A DNA stretch of 64,000 bases from Haplodiscus bocki (Eukaryota). Position numbers and translations under genes: made by a program. Location of the stretch: contig OZ296650.1 in NCBI GenBank assembly GCA_965655095.1, positions 101,370,001 to 101,434,000 on the forward strand, in the 5' to 3' direction. The notes beneath the pieces were generated by a model. It was given only the letters and a program-made list of their open reading frames with translations. It searched no databases and was not told where the DNA came from. Positions 12,848-25,644 of this stretch are shown piece after piece; position 1 is the first letter of the stretch; each line of letters begins with the position of its first letter.

Positions 12848-13886
12848 GGTACCTGGCCGTTTGGGAGACAAATGCTGTGTGCATCATTTCCTTAAATGTA
12901 TTTTCTATCAACATTTGTTTTTTCTACCGTGGGTACTAGTTTCTGTCGGTTGGATATTTTAGAAGAAGCTAACAGATATCAAACAATCAGTGTTTCTCTA
13001 TTTTCAACCGCAAATTTGATTTATTGTAGTTTTGATACCAAATTATATAACTTATAGAAGTAAACTTTTTGGTTTATTCTTTTCTTGGCTTGAATTGATT
13101 GTTTGGATTAGCAAGTGTCTAGCCGCGGTGTAATAGCTGTTCGCACAGCTTGACGGGGATAAGCGGTCGCTCGTTTAAACTTGATAAAATAGTTTAACCG
13201 GTTAGGAATTTGGGGCCAGTTTAACCGGGAAGAAGAGCTCTTCTATACGACGCAGTCTTTTTAGTCGACGTCTCACTTCAGTTAAAAGTGGACCATTGCA
13301 TTACTATGATTCGTTCTTTTCACTGCTAAAAGGTGCTAAATGTTTTAGTAAATTTTTGTATCCAAATTATATTGACAGATACTCCAGAAACCTCGGTGAT
13401 CTAGAGGGTAGGACGGAATGTTTTGGAGCGATAGATCGGGACTAGGTTATCCATATATTTTTCGGGAAAACGTATCATTTCAGTATTTTTTTTAAATTTT
13501 TACACCCCTCCTCTCCGATTTTTATGATAGCCCCCTCATACATTTTGTGCCTTGCGGACAGCACAAACTAGAGCGATCCGTGCTTTTTTGTCTGAAAGGA
13601 ATATTTTCAACCTAGTTCACACCCCTAGTTGATGGCGCATGAACGTTTTGTAAGATTTTATGTTACCAAACACCTTTTGAATGATTGTAGATGATCCATA
13701 GTAAACTTTTCTTGCCTAATTTTTGTGTGCTGCTGTGATACTTCTCATATATCATCAAAAAATTTTATAAAAGTAGGCGGTGTTTTGTAGGTTGCTTGAA
13801 AAATTTGCCAGACGAAAAACAAATGACGTTCTGCAAATTTTCGGATGCAGTTTATTTTAACATGCGGAGAACCTTAAAATGTTATC

Positions 13887-14198
13887 CCTCCGTAAAAAAG
13901 AAATTTTACCAAATAAATTTTCAGCTAGCCACGCCGATTCAGTAGTGAACAAATAAAAGCCTAACGGCCAAGGAAACGATAAATATTAGCAAGTCTGAGT
14001 TAATAGTGCTATAGGCAATGGGTTGTGCAAGTTGTTTTATACTTCAAATGCATAATCGGAAAACTTGAATAATCTTTTGATATGGCAGTGATTAATTCAA
14101 AATTCATGTTAGCTTTTTGTCTGAATTGTCTATGTTTTGAAAATTGTATGCGTGTGCGCATTAATTAATGCACCATACCAAAAATTCATGCAAGTTCA
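13887..14198 (+). repeat. 312-bp repeat A, copy 1 (3' part of a CCCTAG-type MITE starting at ~13623)
   Basis: Direct repeat of 15359-15670 and inverted repeat of 28066-28377. Differs from them at two positions near its start. Confidence 0.9.
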
Positions 14199-14199
14199 T

Positions 14200-17100
14200 G
14201 AAGTAGTTTCTTATAAGTTCTGTCAATATTTTGCATTGAAATTATGTTAAAATTTTGCATACTGTATGCAAATTTTGCAAAATTTTTTCATGACAGATAC
14301 CTGAATCTACTATGTTTTTTTTTTCAAAAAGCTTTTCTGCATGCATTCATGCAGCATAAAAATGTTCATGCAGGCTCGACTAGGGCATTTACCAAGATTG
14401 GGTATAAAGCAGTTCCACTAAATTCTTTCTGGAATATCTGTTGAATATTAAAATGAAGTCAGGCTAGGATCTACATAGTGATGTCAAGAAGTTGATTACT
14501 TGCCACTAAGATAGTTGAGAAAATGTCAACATACAGGTAATAAAAATCAATTTTGTTCTGCGAATCTGTTAAATTTTCAATGCACAGTATGCTTTTTCAC
14601 GATTTTGAATAATTTTTCCCCATCAAAATGATCTAAAATTGTGTGAAGCGCTTTTTTTTCGAAAATCTGTCGACCATGCAGCTCGAAATGTACAATACAG
14701 TAATTTTTCAATTCCTACTCGACGGAATCCTCAGATAGCAAAATTTTATATTGACTTTTCTGGACCCGGAATACAGGCCAGAAACACAAAAACTGCCTTT
14801 TGATGAAAGAAAATACTGTGGAAGTTTTGTCCAAAATTTTTTCGTAATACCTCTTTTAGCGAAAACCAAAACAAGTTTGCGAAACAATATTCCGAAAATG
14901 AATACGATATGGGTGGCGCCAATTTAATCAGTCCCAGACAGTTACTCTACAACAGCTTCGTTCCACGGAAGCCTCAAAATGCATCAAATTTTTAGTAGGC
15001 GCTTCAGGTCGAGGCCCTGAAGTATGTCGAGTAAACAGGCACGACTAAAAATGCGACTTTGGTGTTTTGGTAAGCACGAGAAACAAGCCAAATAATTACA
15101 GTGACTTTTCGTTTTGTTTTCAACCCGTATGAACAGACATATTTGATTGGTTTTCAGTAGCTCTAAATGATTCACCGCCAGAAACAGCTTCCTTATCACT
15201 TGTAGACAGTACATGAAGAAGCGAGAACGTAACATGCTTTTAATGCTTTTATCGATACTGAAGGACAAAGTTGGTTCACAACAAATTGCGATATCCACTT
15301 TTCGAACATCAAATCTTTTTTGAAAGACTAGCAGGTCTGCACGGAACAATTATGTATACCTCCGTAAAAGAGAAACTTTACCAAATAAATTTTCAGCTAG
15401 CCACGCCGATTCAGTAGTGAACAAATAAAAGCCTAACGGCCAAGGAAACGATAAATATTAGCAAGTCTGAGTTAATAGTGCTATAGGCAATGGGTTGTGC
15501 AAGTTGTTTTATACTTCAAATGCATAATCGGAAAACTTGAATAATCTTTTGATATGGCAGTGATTAATTCAAAATTCATGTTAGCTTTTTGTCTGAATTG
15601 TCTATGTTTTGAAAATTGTATGCGTGTGCGCATTAATTAATGCACCATACCAAAAATTCATGCAAGTTCAACAAGAGATTCTGGCGCAAATTCGAAATCC
15701 TCGAAATTTTTACTAATACAACGTATATGGGAAATTTTAATATAGGAAGAAACTACTGGACCAGAGATATTTTTCTTTTTAGTCTTCGTTCAGAATTGAT
15801 AACGATGACTTTTTAGGTTGTGTAGCTTGGGTTTTAGTGTCCGATTGAATTTTTAGCCGCTTGATTTGGAATCGCTTAAGCATTTAATAATAGTTTAATC
15901 GCCTCCAGCTATTTAACTAAACTGCATTCAGTATTCGCATTTTTCGGTATGCCGCTAATTTCATCCGGTTTTAACGATGTCACTATATTTTGCAATTCAA
16001 TTCGTTTACGTCAAAATCAAATGTATTTGTTGAGCGAAAAATACTCCACTCGTTTTCGGAATTAGGACACAGTGTCTGGAATTTTTATGTTAAGGAGCTG
16101 AGGTTATCATGTTATCAGCGAAGTGACTTTCAGGAGTTGAACTTCAGAAAGTTTGTTGTTGAGTAGGTCTTTGATACGTCATATTTTTAACACATTTTTT
16201 GAACGAAATTTGCTTTTTTGTTTTTTTCCGGATGTGCGCATATTTCATGCTGCTGATAATCTCAAATCTCTTGATGAACACTGTCTTGAAATTTTGGTCA
16301 GTTTATGCCATTACTTTGTAGCCGATATAATTGCTTTCAATATGGTACAGGTTATTCTCTTGTTTAAAATTCCGAACTCACCGCTAAAAGTCTAATGTGA
16401 GAATAGGACATTTATTTCAATAGAGTTGCTGATATCAAACTGGTTAGCTACTTTTCGTGAAACATCGATACTCCTTGAGAAGAAAATTTTTGATAGAGGT
16501 CGCAAATTGGAAAACTTTGATTTTTTGGTTGCAAGATACCAAATGTAAAAACCGATGTGCGCCAATGACAACCGATGCTCTTTTGCGGATCGCCTAGGCA
16601 GCGAAGAATCATTTCTAGCTTTGGATAGATTGAATTCGCCCGGGAGTCTCTGAAGAAACGTTTCAAACGTGAAAGTCAAAAGACGTGCAGTTTTTATGTA
16701 CAAGTAAAGAATAATTGAACTAAGACTTTGTAATGAACCATCGGTGACGCTGTTAGGAGCCTTTACGCAGATTGTTTGAGTTTTTTCAACATTGCTGTGC
16801 GGATGCTTTGCGGCCAATAGTTTTCAGGACAACACTTTTGACGTGAGACGCTACTGAGAGCATAGTCGATTTTTCAAATTCAAGTTGGGAATTTTCTGAA
16901 TAAGAGAACGAAATTAGCCTTCTCTGCTACTTGGCAGAACTTTCCGTCATTGAGCAGTCGCAATATTTCTGGATTGAAACAATCCCAATGCTAGTCAACG
17001 AAAAAACAGTTTTACCGGAAGACAAGCAAGACGGCCGGCTACCACCTGCCAGTTTTCCGCCTACTCATTTTGGAAAGCATGCTAATAATTTAGTATTTTG

Positions 17101-17695
17101 TGGATACACGACTAACTCTCGCTTTCGCTCGAGCCAGTCTTGAATCCGACAATATACTACCGCTCGCTCGCTCTTCCACAGCTCACCGGCTCAGCTTTGC
17201 TTCGTCTCTCGTTGATTATTTGCTGCGCTTCGCCTCGCTTTTTTGAATAAAAAATCACAAAATTATTTGACATACCCGTTTTTCTCCACCATATAAAATT
17301 CCTCTGTAACAATTTTGTGGTAAGCTTACAATTTTCCGTTTATGTAAACGTAGAATTAAGGGGAAAATATCGCACGTGTCTTTTCACGTTCAAGCGAGAC
17401 TGAAAAAATCACCACTACCACATATCAACAATGTATATATCAAATAAATTTTCTCTTTCTATTTCGTCTACTATAGCAGATTGGCAATGCAGAATGACAT
17501 CGATGAAAGTTTAGGCTTGCCAGAGTGTTTAGGCAATTCACTACTTAAAACGTATCCCCAGTCATGCAACCGCTATGAAGCTATAGGAGGGACTGTCTAT
17601 ATCACGAATCTTGAAAAAGATGAATCGATCGAACTCTGCCAGGATTGCTCACTCGGCTTTGCTCGAAAAAGTAGATTAGAATGTTGGCCAGTGGA
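14200..17695 (+). repeat. Left arm (~3.5 kb) of a large inverted duplication
   Basis: Reverse complement of 26041-29534. The ORF track shows mirrored ORFs: 14984/28387, 16392/26919, 16931/26593 and 17481/25842. Confidence 0.97.
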
Positions 17696-17714
17696 GTTGT
17701 CTGTGGTTGCTTGA
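17487..17714 (+). CDS. Small Cys-containing ORF at the inner end of the arm (mirror copy starts at 26249, minus strand); unknown function
   Basis: The two copies differ mostly by synonymous codons; contains CQDC. Confidence 0.5.
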   Translation: MQNDIDESLGLPECLGNSLLKTYPQSCNRYEAIGGTVYITNLEKDESIELCQDCSLGFARKSRLECWPVELSVVA

Positions 17715-17724
17715 ATAATTAAAG

Positions 17725-17853
17725 ATGATTTCTCAGAAATATGATTTCTCAAAATTATGATTTCTCAGAAATATGATTCCGCAGAAATATAATTTATCAT
17801 AAATATGATTTCTCAGAATTATAATTTCTCTAAAGTACGATTGCTCAGAAATA
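17725..17853 (+). repeat. 16-bp minisatellite (atgatttctcagaaat), about 8 copies
   Basis: Read directly. Confidence 0.9.
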
Positions 17854-17954
17854 TATCGACCAGCGTTTAGTTCTTTAAAGAATTCTCAATGAATACTTAT
17901 CCAATTGACCTCAATTGAAAAACGATAGCAATTTCGATTCTTCACGTATAAATA

Positions 17955-18500
17955 AAACGGATTGCTTTTGTGATATATGTGATTAAAAACATAAGATCAA
18001 ATCTAAACAAAAACATCTTCAAAGTCTAGCACACAACGATTTTGAAAAGTGTATATGAATGAAACACACCATCTGAAGTCCTAATTTCTTTGATCTAGAT
18101 GAAGTTTTTAACAAATCTTTCAATAATCGTAATGAAAAGTTCGATTTATATCTTGTTAAATATGATTTATATTAGTTTTCAACAAAAAAAAATACTCCTC
18201 ACTTTAAATCTGACTTACAAAATAATTTTTCTATATTTCATTTAGAAACGTTTTTATTGCTTTGGATTGAATATTTTGTGCAGAAAGGACATGAATTTTC
18301 TCATACATCCGAAATGTGTAATACAACTGTTAGTCCTACGAGAAACATGAGTTATGATTTTTATATTAAACCACCAAAATCAATGCTTGACTTTACTTTT
18401 TGTGGAAAACTTGATTAAAATCTACATCTCTTTAACGCGTTTGATAAAAATACCTCTCATCCTTCAATTCAAAAATAGTCTCACATCCATCCAACATGAA
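17955..18500 (+). pseudogene. C2H2 zinc-finger viral ORF remnant, homologous to 60855-61430
   Basis: CDICD...KHLQSLAH at the start. MSYDFYIKPPKSML matches MSFNYYLSQPKTML of element 2. Contains stops. Confidence 0.6.
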
Positions 18501-18589
18501 ATTAAATTGCCAGTCTTTGCAGATATTCTTCTAAATTATCAACACTCCATGGAAGCATATAACGAAGACAATTTGCAGCTTGTTTTTTC

Positions 18590-21500
18590 AATTTATTCAG
18601 TTTTGGTGCAAACTCTTTTATCTCGCTAATTTTTTCCTCGCAATTACACATAATAATTTTTCTTTGAACCTCGTACAAAATCTAGCTTTTTAAGGGCTGA
18701 CAACACCAAAATGAAAACCTTTTTTTCCAAATCAACGGCAGCTTAGCATAATTTTTTTTTACCTTTTAGCATTTCAAAATATTGACTGCTGTCTAATAGT
18801 TTTTGTGAATCCATGAAACCCTTAAAAGTTTTTTGCTCTTCAATAAAACCATATGCATCTATAGTTAGGCAATATTTTATTTTAGTTGCAAGAAACAACC
18901 TATAAAAATACCACCATTTTCATAATCGTTTTTACCTTCACATAATTTCTCCCCAACTAATCCAGTTTTATGTAAAATGTCCCAATTCTTTTTCTCAATA
19001 TATAAGCTATCTGTATCAGTATGATATACATTGTGTGTTTTGAAACGACCAATTTCATGTATAAACTTATTGATAGTTCTTTTACTGTTACTTAAAATAA
19101 TACTGCCTAAACGTGCTGGCATTATGTTCTTTTAATCTGTTTTACCTTCTAAACCCTCATCTTGTTGTAATTTAAGCATATACTCACCGTTTGGTACTTT
19201 GCAATAATCTAGAACTTTTCCATCATTCACAGTAGACATCCAGTATTCTGATTTAGAACAATGTTCTTCTATTTTATCCTTTTTTATCTTTTTCCATATA
19301 AACTGTTCATGAGTTTTTTTACAAGCCTTTGCATGAAATTTTTGTATTTTGGTATTTTTGTCTCATTAAATAATGTGTCAGTTAACGTACAATTAACTGT
19401 TCTGAGTGCTGATTTTTTAAAATTTTCTCTATAAATAACACCTTCGTATAATTTTATCACCTTTCCTTCCAATTTAACAATTTCAATTGTGTCTACACTT
19501 GCGTCTGTAATTAAACCATTTCATCCTATTCTTCTCGGTTTTTTATTAGGTAATTTTTAATAGGTAGGTCTTCTCTTTATTAGGTAGTTGTTGAAAATAT
19601 AAATTTGGGGGATTATAATACAACACTTTTGGAACAGAACTACTTTCTCTAAACGTTTGGGTATTGAATTTGATCTCTCATATCATGTGTAAAAGCATAG
19701 CCCGTTTCATTTTTAGGATAAACTGATTTTTCATCCCTTATTGCCGAGAGGTACGAACTCGTTGCATCAAAAACATTAAAACATCTGCTGAAGATTCTTT
19801 GAATTTTATATGAAAGGGCATATTACCAAGTTGATTTTTTCTGTATTTTTCCTTTTCTTCAACATCAATCTTACGATAATCATCAAAATATGAATCATGT
19901 TCTTTTTGCATTGATTTTTCTCTTCCTCCATCTATTCAACATATATTTCGATAATATCACAAGTGTTTCCTTTTACGTTTAATTCTTCTGGTATGGTTTT
20001 GAAAATCTTGTCCGCTTTTTTAGATTTATAATTTTGATTAAAACTGGTGTATCTACCTTCCATACTTCGTGTATCAAACGACCTCATATGTATATAGATT
20101 CATCCCTTTTATCTCTCAAACTATAATTATTTCCAACCCAGCGATGGTTATGTCAAGTTATTTTTCATTCCAAATCCTGTAATTCCATAGCTTCACTGTA
20201 TCTGGCATAGCTAAAACTAGTAAAAACATCATTTTGCAAATTCTAACCACTCATCCGTTTGATTTTCTCAAATATCTTCAACAACTTCATCATGATCCAT
20301 TCTTTTAAATATTTCGTTTTGTAAGCCATAAGTGGTATTTATTTTTCTTCAGCTGCTGTTCTTATGTGTCATTCCTCATCCAAAATTAACATATTGAGGA
20401 ACAGCTTTAGTTTGACATTTTACATGACCATCAAATATTTTCGAAGATATAATACCTTTACCGTTTTTTACAACAATTACAATTCCACGCCAAGTTGGGA
20501 AGTTGTTTGAAGCTATGTATGTGTCGGAAGCACTACCAATATGAGCCATTAAATGTAATTCATATTCAAATTTTTTATTTTCTGATTTTTTATGTTCTCC
20601 TTTTAAAGTAACAATCCAATCTAACATTTTATTATTACAACTAGTTGCCTCGAAAACACTAGTATCTTTTTAACATTTTTCATGTTCTTCATTTGTCAAA
20701 TCACGATTATATTTAGTAGCTATTTCACTGAATCTATATAAACTAAAACAATATGGCACGGCTCTATTTGTATGGAATGTTTCTAAGTCGTAGACAACAA
20801 GATTAGTTAACTGGCCTTCAATTCTTTTAGCTTCGTATTCATATATAAAAAACTATAAACATTTTCAACAGTTAATTATTCACTATTGCAAATTTTGATT
20901 TTAATTGTTGTATAGCCTTATTAAAACCTACACCTTCCCATTTCCTGATTGAACAGAAAGGGTTTTCATATAAAGCTTTATTTCTTTCTTTCATTAATCT
21001 TGGCCGTATTTCTTCACCGTTGAAATATCCCATATCAACTTTATTCGGTTTACAAAATGGTTGAATTCTAGCTAACATTACTTTTTTTTTATCTTTGATC
21101 AAGTCTAAAATTTTTTCATTATAGTCTATACCTGTTAACTAAATAATACATTTTACGAAACAAGAACCACTTGCAGGGATATAATTATCACCAACAACTA
21201 CAGCATTATCTTGAATGTTATCAGTTCCTTTTCTAAAATCGGATCTATTAACTTCAATAAATTTGGGTGTATTTAATTTATTATTATAACCACTAAATAA
21301 ACTATCATCAACATCACAATCCATATCAATGTTGAAAATCTACGACTCGTGAGCTTCAATATTTTTAAATCTCATAGCTGTTGATTGTTTGTGTTCACCG
21401 ATAATAATATCAGCAATCATTTCGAAATCTCCAGTGTAATATGTTATTTCATTTTTAATTTTATGTAAATTTCAGTTATTAACAATTTTTTTATTATCCG
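18590..21500 (-). pseudogene. polB: Protein-primed family B DNA polymerase (pPolB), fragmented
   Basis: Motifs in the correct order: ExoI VVYDLET (~20790), ExoII AHIGSASD (20376-20627), FDATSSYLSA (~19755), KKLMNSLYGK (19284-19472) and YHTDTDSLY (18877-19122). Confidence 0.92.
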
Positions 21501-22129
21501 ATGTTGTTATTATAACCCAACCTATGTTAAAACCATCTTCATTTGTTTTTTCTCTTTTGTTTTCTCTCATGTTGTTTTATTTCTTTGTTTGCTTCATTTC
21601 GTTTTGTGATGTTATCTCTTTTTATTTATTTGCTTTTGTTTTAATCTCGTACAATCCTTTTTTTATTTGAATGGTTTTTTGTTTTTTTTTATAACGAAAT
21701 GTGATTTTTTCAATTGATTTCATCTTTAAATCTCTTCATGGTAAATTGAATTTTGTTCAATACACCATCAGTTTATTCAGGAAAGAAAGGCTTGAAATGA
21801 TTTTTATGAAACTTCATTTTTCTCCCTCGTTTGACATTTTTAAAATTATAATACAAGCCATAATAGGTTTTTTTATTTGTAATTTGTGGTTTCGGTTCAA
21901 AAAAATTCATTATTAATGAAGCTTCTTGCATAATCATAACTATACTTTGTGCATTTTCACTAAAATGATCTTCATAATTAAAATTTCCACTGTGTCTGGG
22001 ATGATTCCTTTCATGAAAATAATTGCTAAAATCCTGATGAAAACTCAATTTTGTTTTCCCTTTAATTTTTGCAACTTCCTAATCATATCTTCTATTGTTT
22101 TGTACTTTGTATTCATCATAGAATAATAT

Positions 22130-22433
22130 TTTTCTTTAACCTTTTTATTGGCATAGGGTAGTCTTTTGGAAAAATTATTAACTTGTTTCAGTACTTTTTT
22201 TTATCCATTTGATTTTTTTGTTGGCAAATATATTGGCAGTTTTCACAGTAATGTCCTTGATTAAATTGAATCCATGATCGTTGTTTACAGCTAGGACATT
22301 CGACATCGAAATTTTTATCAGTATCATTTAGATTAGCTCCTTGCTGGTGATATATCTTACTGAAATCTCTTTTTATGGTTGAGATCTCAATTTTTGTATC
22401 ATCTATCAATTAGAAATCTTTTAGAACGCTCAT
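22130..22433 (-). pseudogene. Major-capsid-like N-terminal stub joined to a CxxC...CxxC zinc-ribbon remnant
   Basis: TAAATG start at 22433 directly after the penton gene. MSVLKDF*LIDDTKIEISTIKRDFSKIYHQQGANLND resembles Polinton MCP N-termini and switches abruptly to CPSC...CENC. Confidence 0.5.
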
Positions 22434-22559
22434 TTATATACTATAAAACCATTTCCTGATAATAATTTTTTTGAATGATTGTAGATTTGGGAGTAGAGAA
22501 GTCGTATGTGTTTCCGGTTCGGAGTTTAGTGGTTTAGGTTCAGACTTAGTTTAAAAACG

Positions 22560-23330
22560 TGATTTTTCTAAAGTCTTGGGACTTTATTACTATGAAAACG
22601 ATTTAAACTTGTTTGATTGATAATCGTTATCGATTGTCCCTTAAATGATACAAAATCTCCAATTTTTCTCAACTTCAAAACTATTATTTGAAATAAAGTC
22701 TTTAGACTCCATATACCGTTGAACCCCCCTCTAAATTTCTCAATATATTTGTATCCTGGATCAACGTCCATGGTAAATTTATGAACTAGTCAAGTTCGTT
22801 TTCTTGTAAAAATCATTCCCTGTTCGATATCTGTTTCGGGGAAATTATTATCCAATGATAATATGTCAACTGGATTATGTGATAAATTATGTTGTTCATA
22901 TATTAGAACTGGATCAAAACCTAAAAGATCTCGTATACTATCATCTGGTACAAAACTATTCATTGGTTCTGTTCTGGAAATTTCTATAATACTACGCAAA
23001 GTTGAAAAATTTGGTTTGATTGAAAATAGATGTTTTTCTTTGTGAAATGACCTTCATTTATTGTCCTTTTCATTTCCTCGTTTAAGTTTTCGAGCTCGTA
23101 AGCACCTGCTCGAATAGTTATTTGGATGAAACCATCTTTATCAGTAATCGATGTTGCGATTTATCATTTTTACTTGTAACATTAAAGATACCATTCTAAC
23201 CACTTAGGAACGTGACATCGAGTTTAAATTGTTTGTTTTTAGTTTGTAAAGGTTGAGATGAATTTTCTTCAGGTGTAGATTTCTTCATAGCAATTAACAT
23301 ATGTTCTTCAATTTTAGGTCTTTTATTGAA
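22560..23330 (-). pseudogene. Minor capsid (penton) protein remnant
   Basis: NGIFNVTSKN, ITIRAGAYELENLNEE, SIRDLLGF, PVDILS and MDVDPGYKYIE are typical Polinton/adintovirus penton motifs. Confidence 0.75.
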
Positions 23331-23399
23331 AACTATACGTTCTAGAAGATAAATTGGAAGCCCCCTTTAAGATGGAAAAAATCACTCAAACTTCTTTGA

Positions 23400-24218
23400 A
23401 GCATTTCGATATTGTTGTTCGTTCTGTATTTCACCTCCTGATTTTTTCATCTTTTAAATTTGATGTTTCTGTTAGTGTATCTATATTGTATCAATATGTC
23501 CATTTAGTTTCAATCTAAGTAAGACTTTTAATCTATTCCAAACATCAATAATATTAGAGGGGTTGATAAATTTCATTCCTTAACCTTGCAGGGGTTTAAG
23601 TCCGTGTTCAATTTCACTAGCTGGTTATGATATAGGTAGATTTCAAATTTTTTCTACACGATCTCGGAGGTTTTTTCAATATAATTTCTGTGTGTTGAAT
23701 GTCTTTCTTTTTTGGGGTTATATTTGACATTTTGTAGGTTGTTCGCGAAATTTATTAGATCCTCATCACCCGTTGATTTGAAGGTGTAATTTGTCTTTCA
23801 TTATGGCATTAAAAATTTCAGGAGTTGGGTTTTACTCATCATTTCCAATTTTGACTTGGGTTCCTTCTAGTCTTTCAACTCGTTTTTTCCACAATACACC
23901 ACTTTCAGGAGTTCGTTCTGTTTTAAAGAATTTTTTACTTTTCTTCATAATTGTTGATGTATCATTTAGTGAATCATCAACTGATACACCATCAGGTAAT
24001 TGATTCTGAAAAATTATGAATTTTGGATCTACTTTTTTAGTAGTTTCATTTAATTTTTCAATGTAATTGTTACAGGTTTGAAACGTCCTGCTAGTTCTTC
24101 ATCATGAGTGTTTTAGAATTTTATCTTAAGTTTTACTTGCTCTTTGATTTTTCTGTTGTTGTGATACTTTAGCTGAATTAGTCATATATTACTCTGTCAC
24201 ATTAGAGTAAATATTCAT
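23400..24218 (-). pseudogene. Decayed viral ORF with a coiled-coil-like start
   Basis: TAAATG start at 24218 (MNIYSNVTE*...QQQKNQRASK...), lying between the ATPase and penton genes. Confidence 0.4.
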
Positions 24219-24263
24219 TTAATTAATTTTAAAAGCATTTGTTTCTGGATATAGAATGGAAAT

Positions 24264-24990
24264 TTAGAATTGAATCCTAAACGATAGCGTCCCTGCATTT
24301 TTGTTTTTTGTCATATCAATTGTTAGAGGTTCATGTTTTTCATTCCAACAAGTAGAATTTATCAATACAATTTCATTAAGTGTCATATCCATAGATGCTT
24401 TCGCTTGATAGAGATTTTGAACATCTCTAAAATTATTTGATTTCAAAATATGATATACATTACCGTTAGCTCTTATGGTTTTTTTCGCAAGTTCATAATA
24501 ATCTTGACTGATTATAAAAATAGAAATGTTACTATGTCTAGAACGTTTAAACATCGCTTGAACTCAGAGTTTTCATTTCTTTCACGCTCATATCATCTAA
24601 AATGATTACAACTGGAGAATCTGAATTAAATTCCTGGGGGTATTTCAATTCTTCTGTTGTTTCGAATGTTTCTAATTCTGTTTATAATTTTTCAAATTTC
24701 TTGTCATAAATTGTTTCCTTGATTAGTAAATCCAAATCGTTTCAAATTGTATTTTTTGGTATGAAGTTATCGAAACATTTAGGTAATTTTTGATATAAAT
24801 CTTGATGGAGAGATGGTGAATAGATAAATATTTTTCCAATATCATTGATAATATTCAAAATTAAATTTGTTAGAAAACATGATTTTCCACATTCACTAAT
24901 AATAACCTTAACAGGGTGAGGTAGGTATAGAAACTTACCATCATTTCTTATCTTTTAAATATCTAACGGATTTCCATCTAACGGGTTTCC
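24264..24990 (-). pseudogene. A32/FtsK-like packaging ATPase remnant
   Basis: Damaged Walker A KVIISECGKS (~24890), Walker B VVIILDD (~24600) and SRHSNISIFIISQ...TIRAN. Confidence 0.88.
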
Positions 24991-25644
24991 ATATTATGAA
25001 TCCTAAAACAGATAAACAAATGTCCTGGGGTTAATAAAAGTGAAGGTTTGAGAATGGGATCAACAATATTATTTTCGTCATTTACAGATTGTATGCTGTT
25101 ATTTTCATTAACATAGTCATCAGTTAGGTTTAGTTTTTCCAGTTATTATTATGAAATCATTGGAATATGAGTGTTGAAAATTTGCATAGGTTGTTAAATA
25201 TAAAATTCATATGCGATAGTCGTTATTGGACTGATATTAATCGTTACAATGCGCATTTCCACTGTATGAGAGAACTTGTGGCCTTTTTCAATCTCATCTC
25301 ATAAAAACTTTTTCAAAAAATGTTTTCGTATGTTGTATTTCATTTTAGTTTTTTCAGTAGTTGTTTTATTAACAAATTTTAAGTTCAAAATAACATGTAA
25401 GGAAATTAAATTCCAATTTTTTATAGTCCTTAGAAATATAGTCTTGAATTATGCGATCTATAAAGAAAAATCAGGGTTTTTAAAAATTTACTCTCTTCGT
25501 ATACCACTTTCGCATTCAAAATGAAATCGTCTACGGAAATGATTTTCTCATCTTTGATTTTAATAAATCTATTACTGGTATCACAAAACTAATCCATGTT
25601 TCAAATTAAACAAATAATTGAAATTAATATCGTTTTTTTTATAA

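Noticed and set aside
13116-13290. tRNA gene or tRNA-derived SINE
   Set aside because: Only vague A/B-box resemblance, no cloverleaf and no second copy in the window.
14984-17143. Duplicated 121-, 141-, 80- and 70-aa ORFs in the arms as real genes
   Set aside because: They have non-ATG starts and no motifs. Differences in the 141-aa pair are mostly amino-acid-changing, so the similarity reflects recent duplication.
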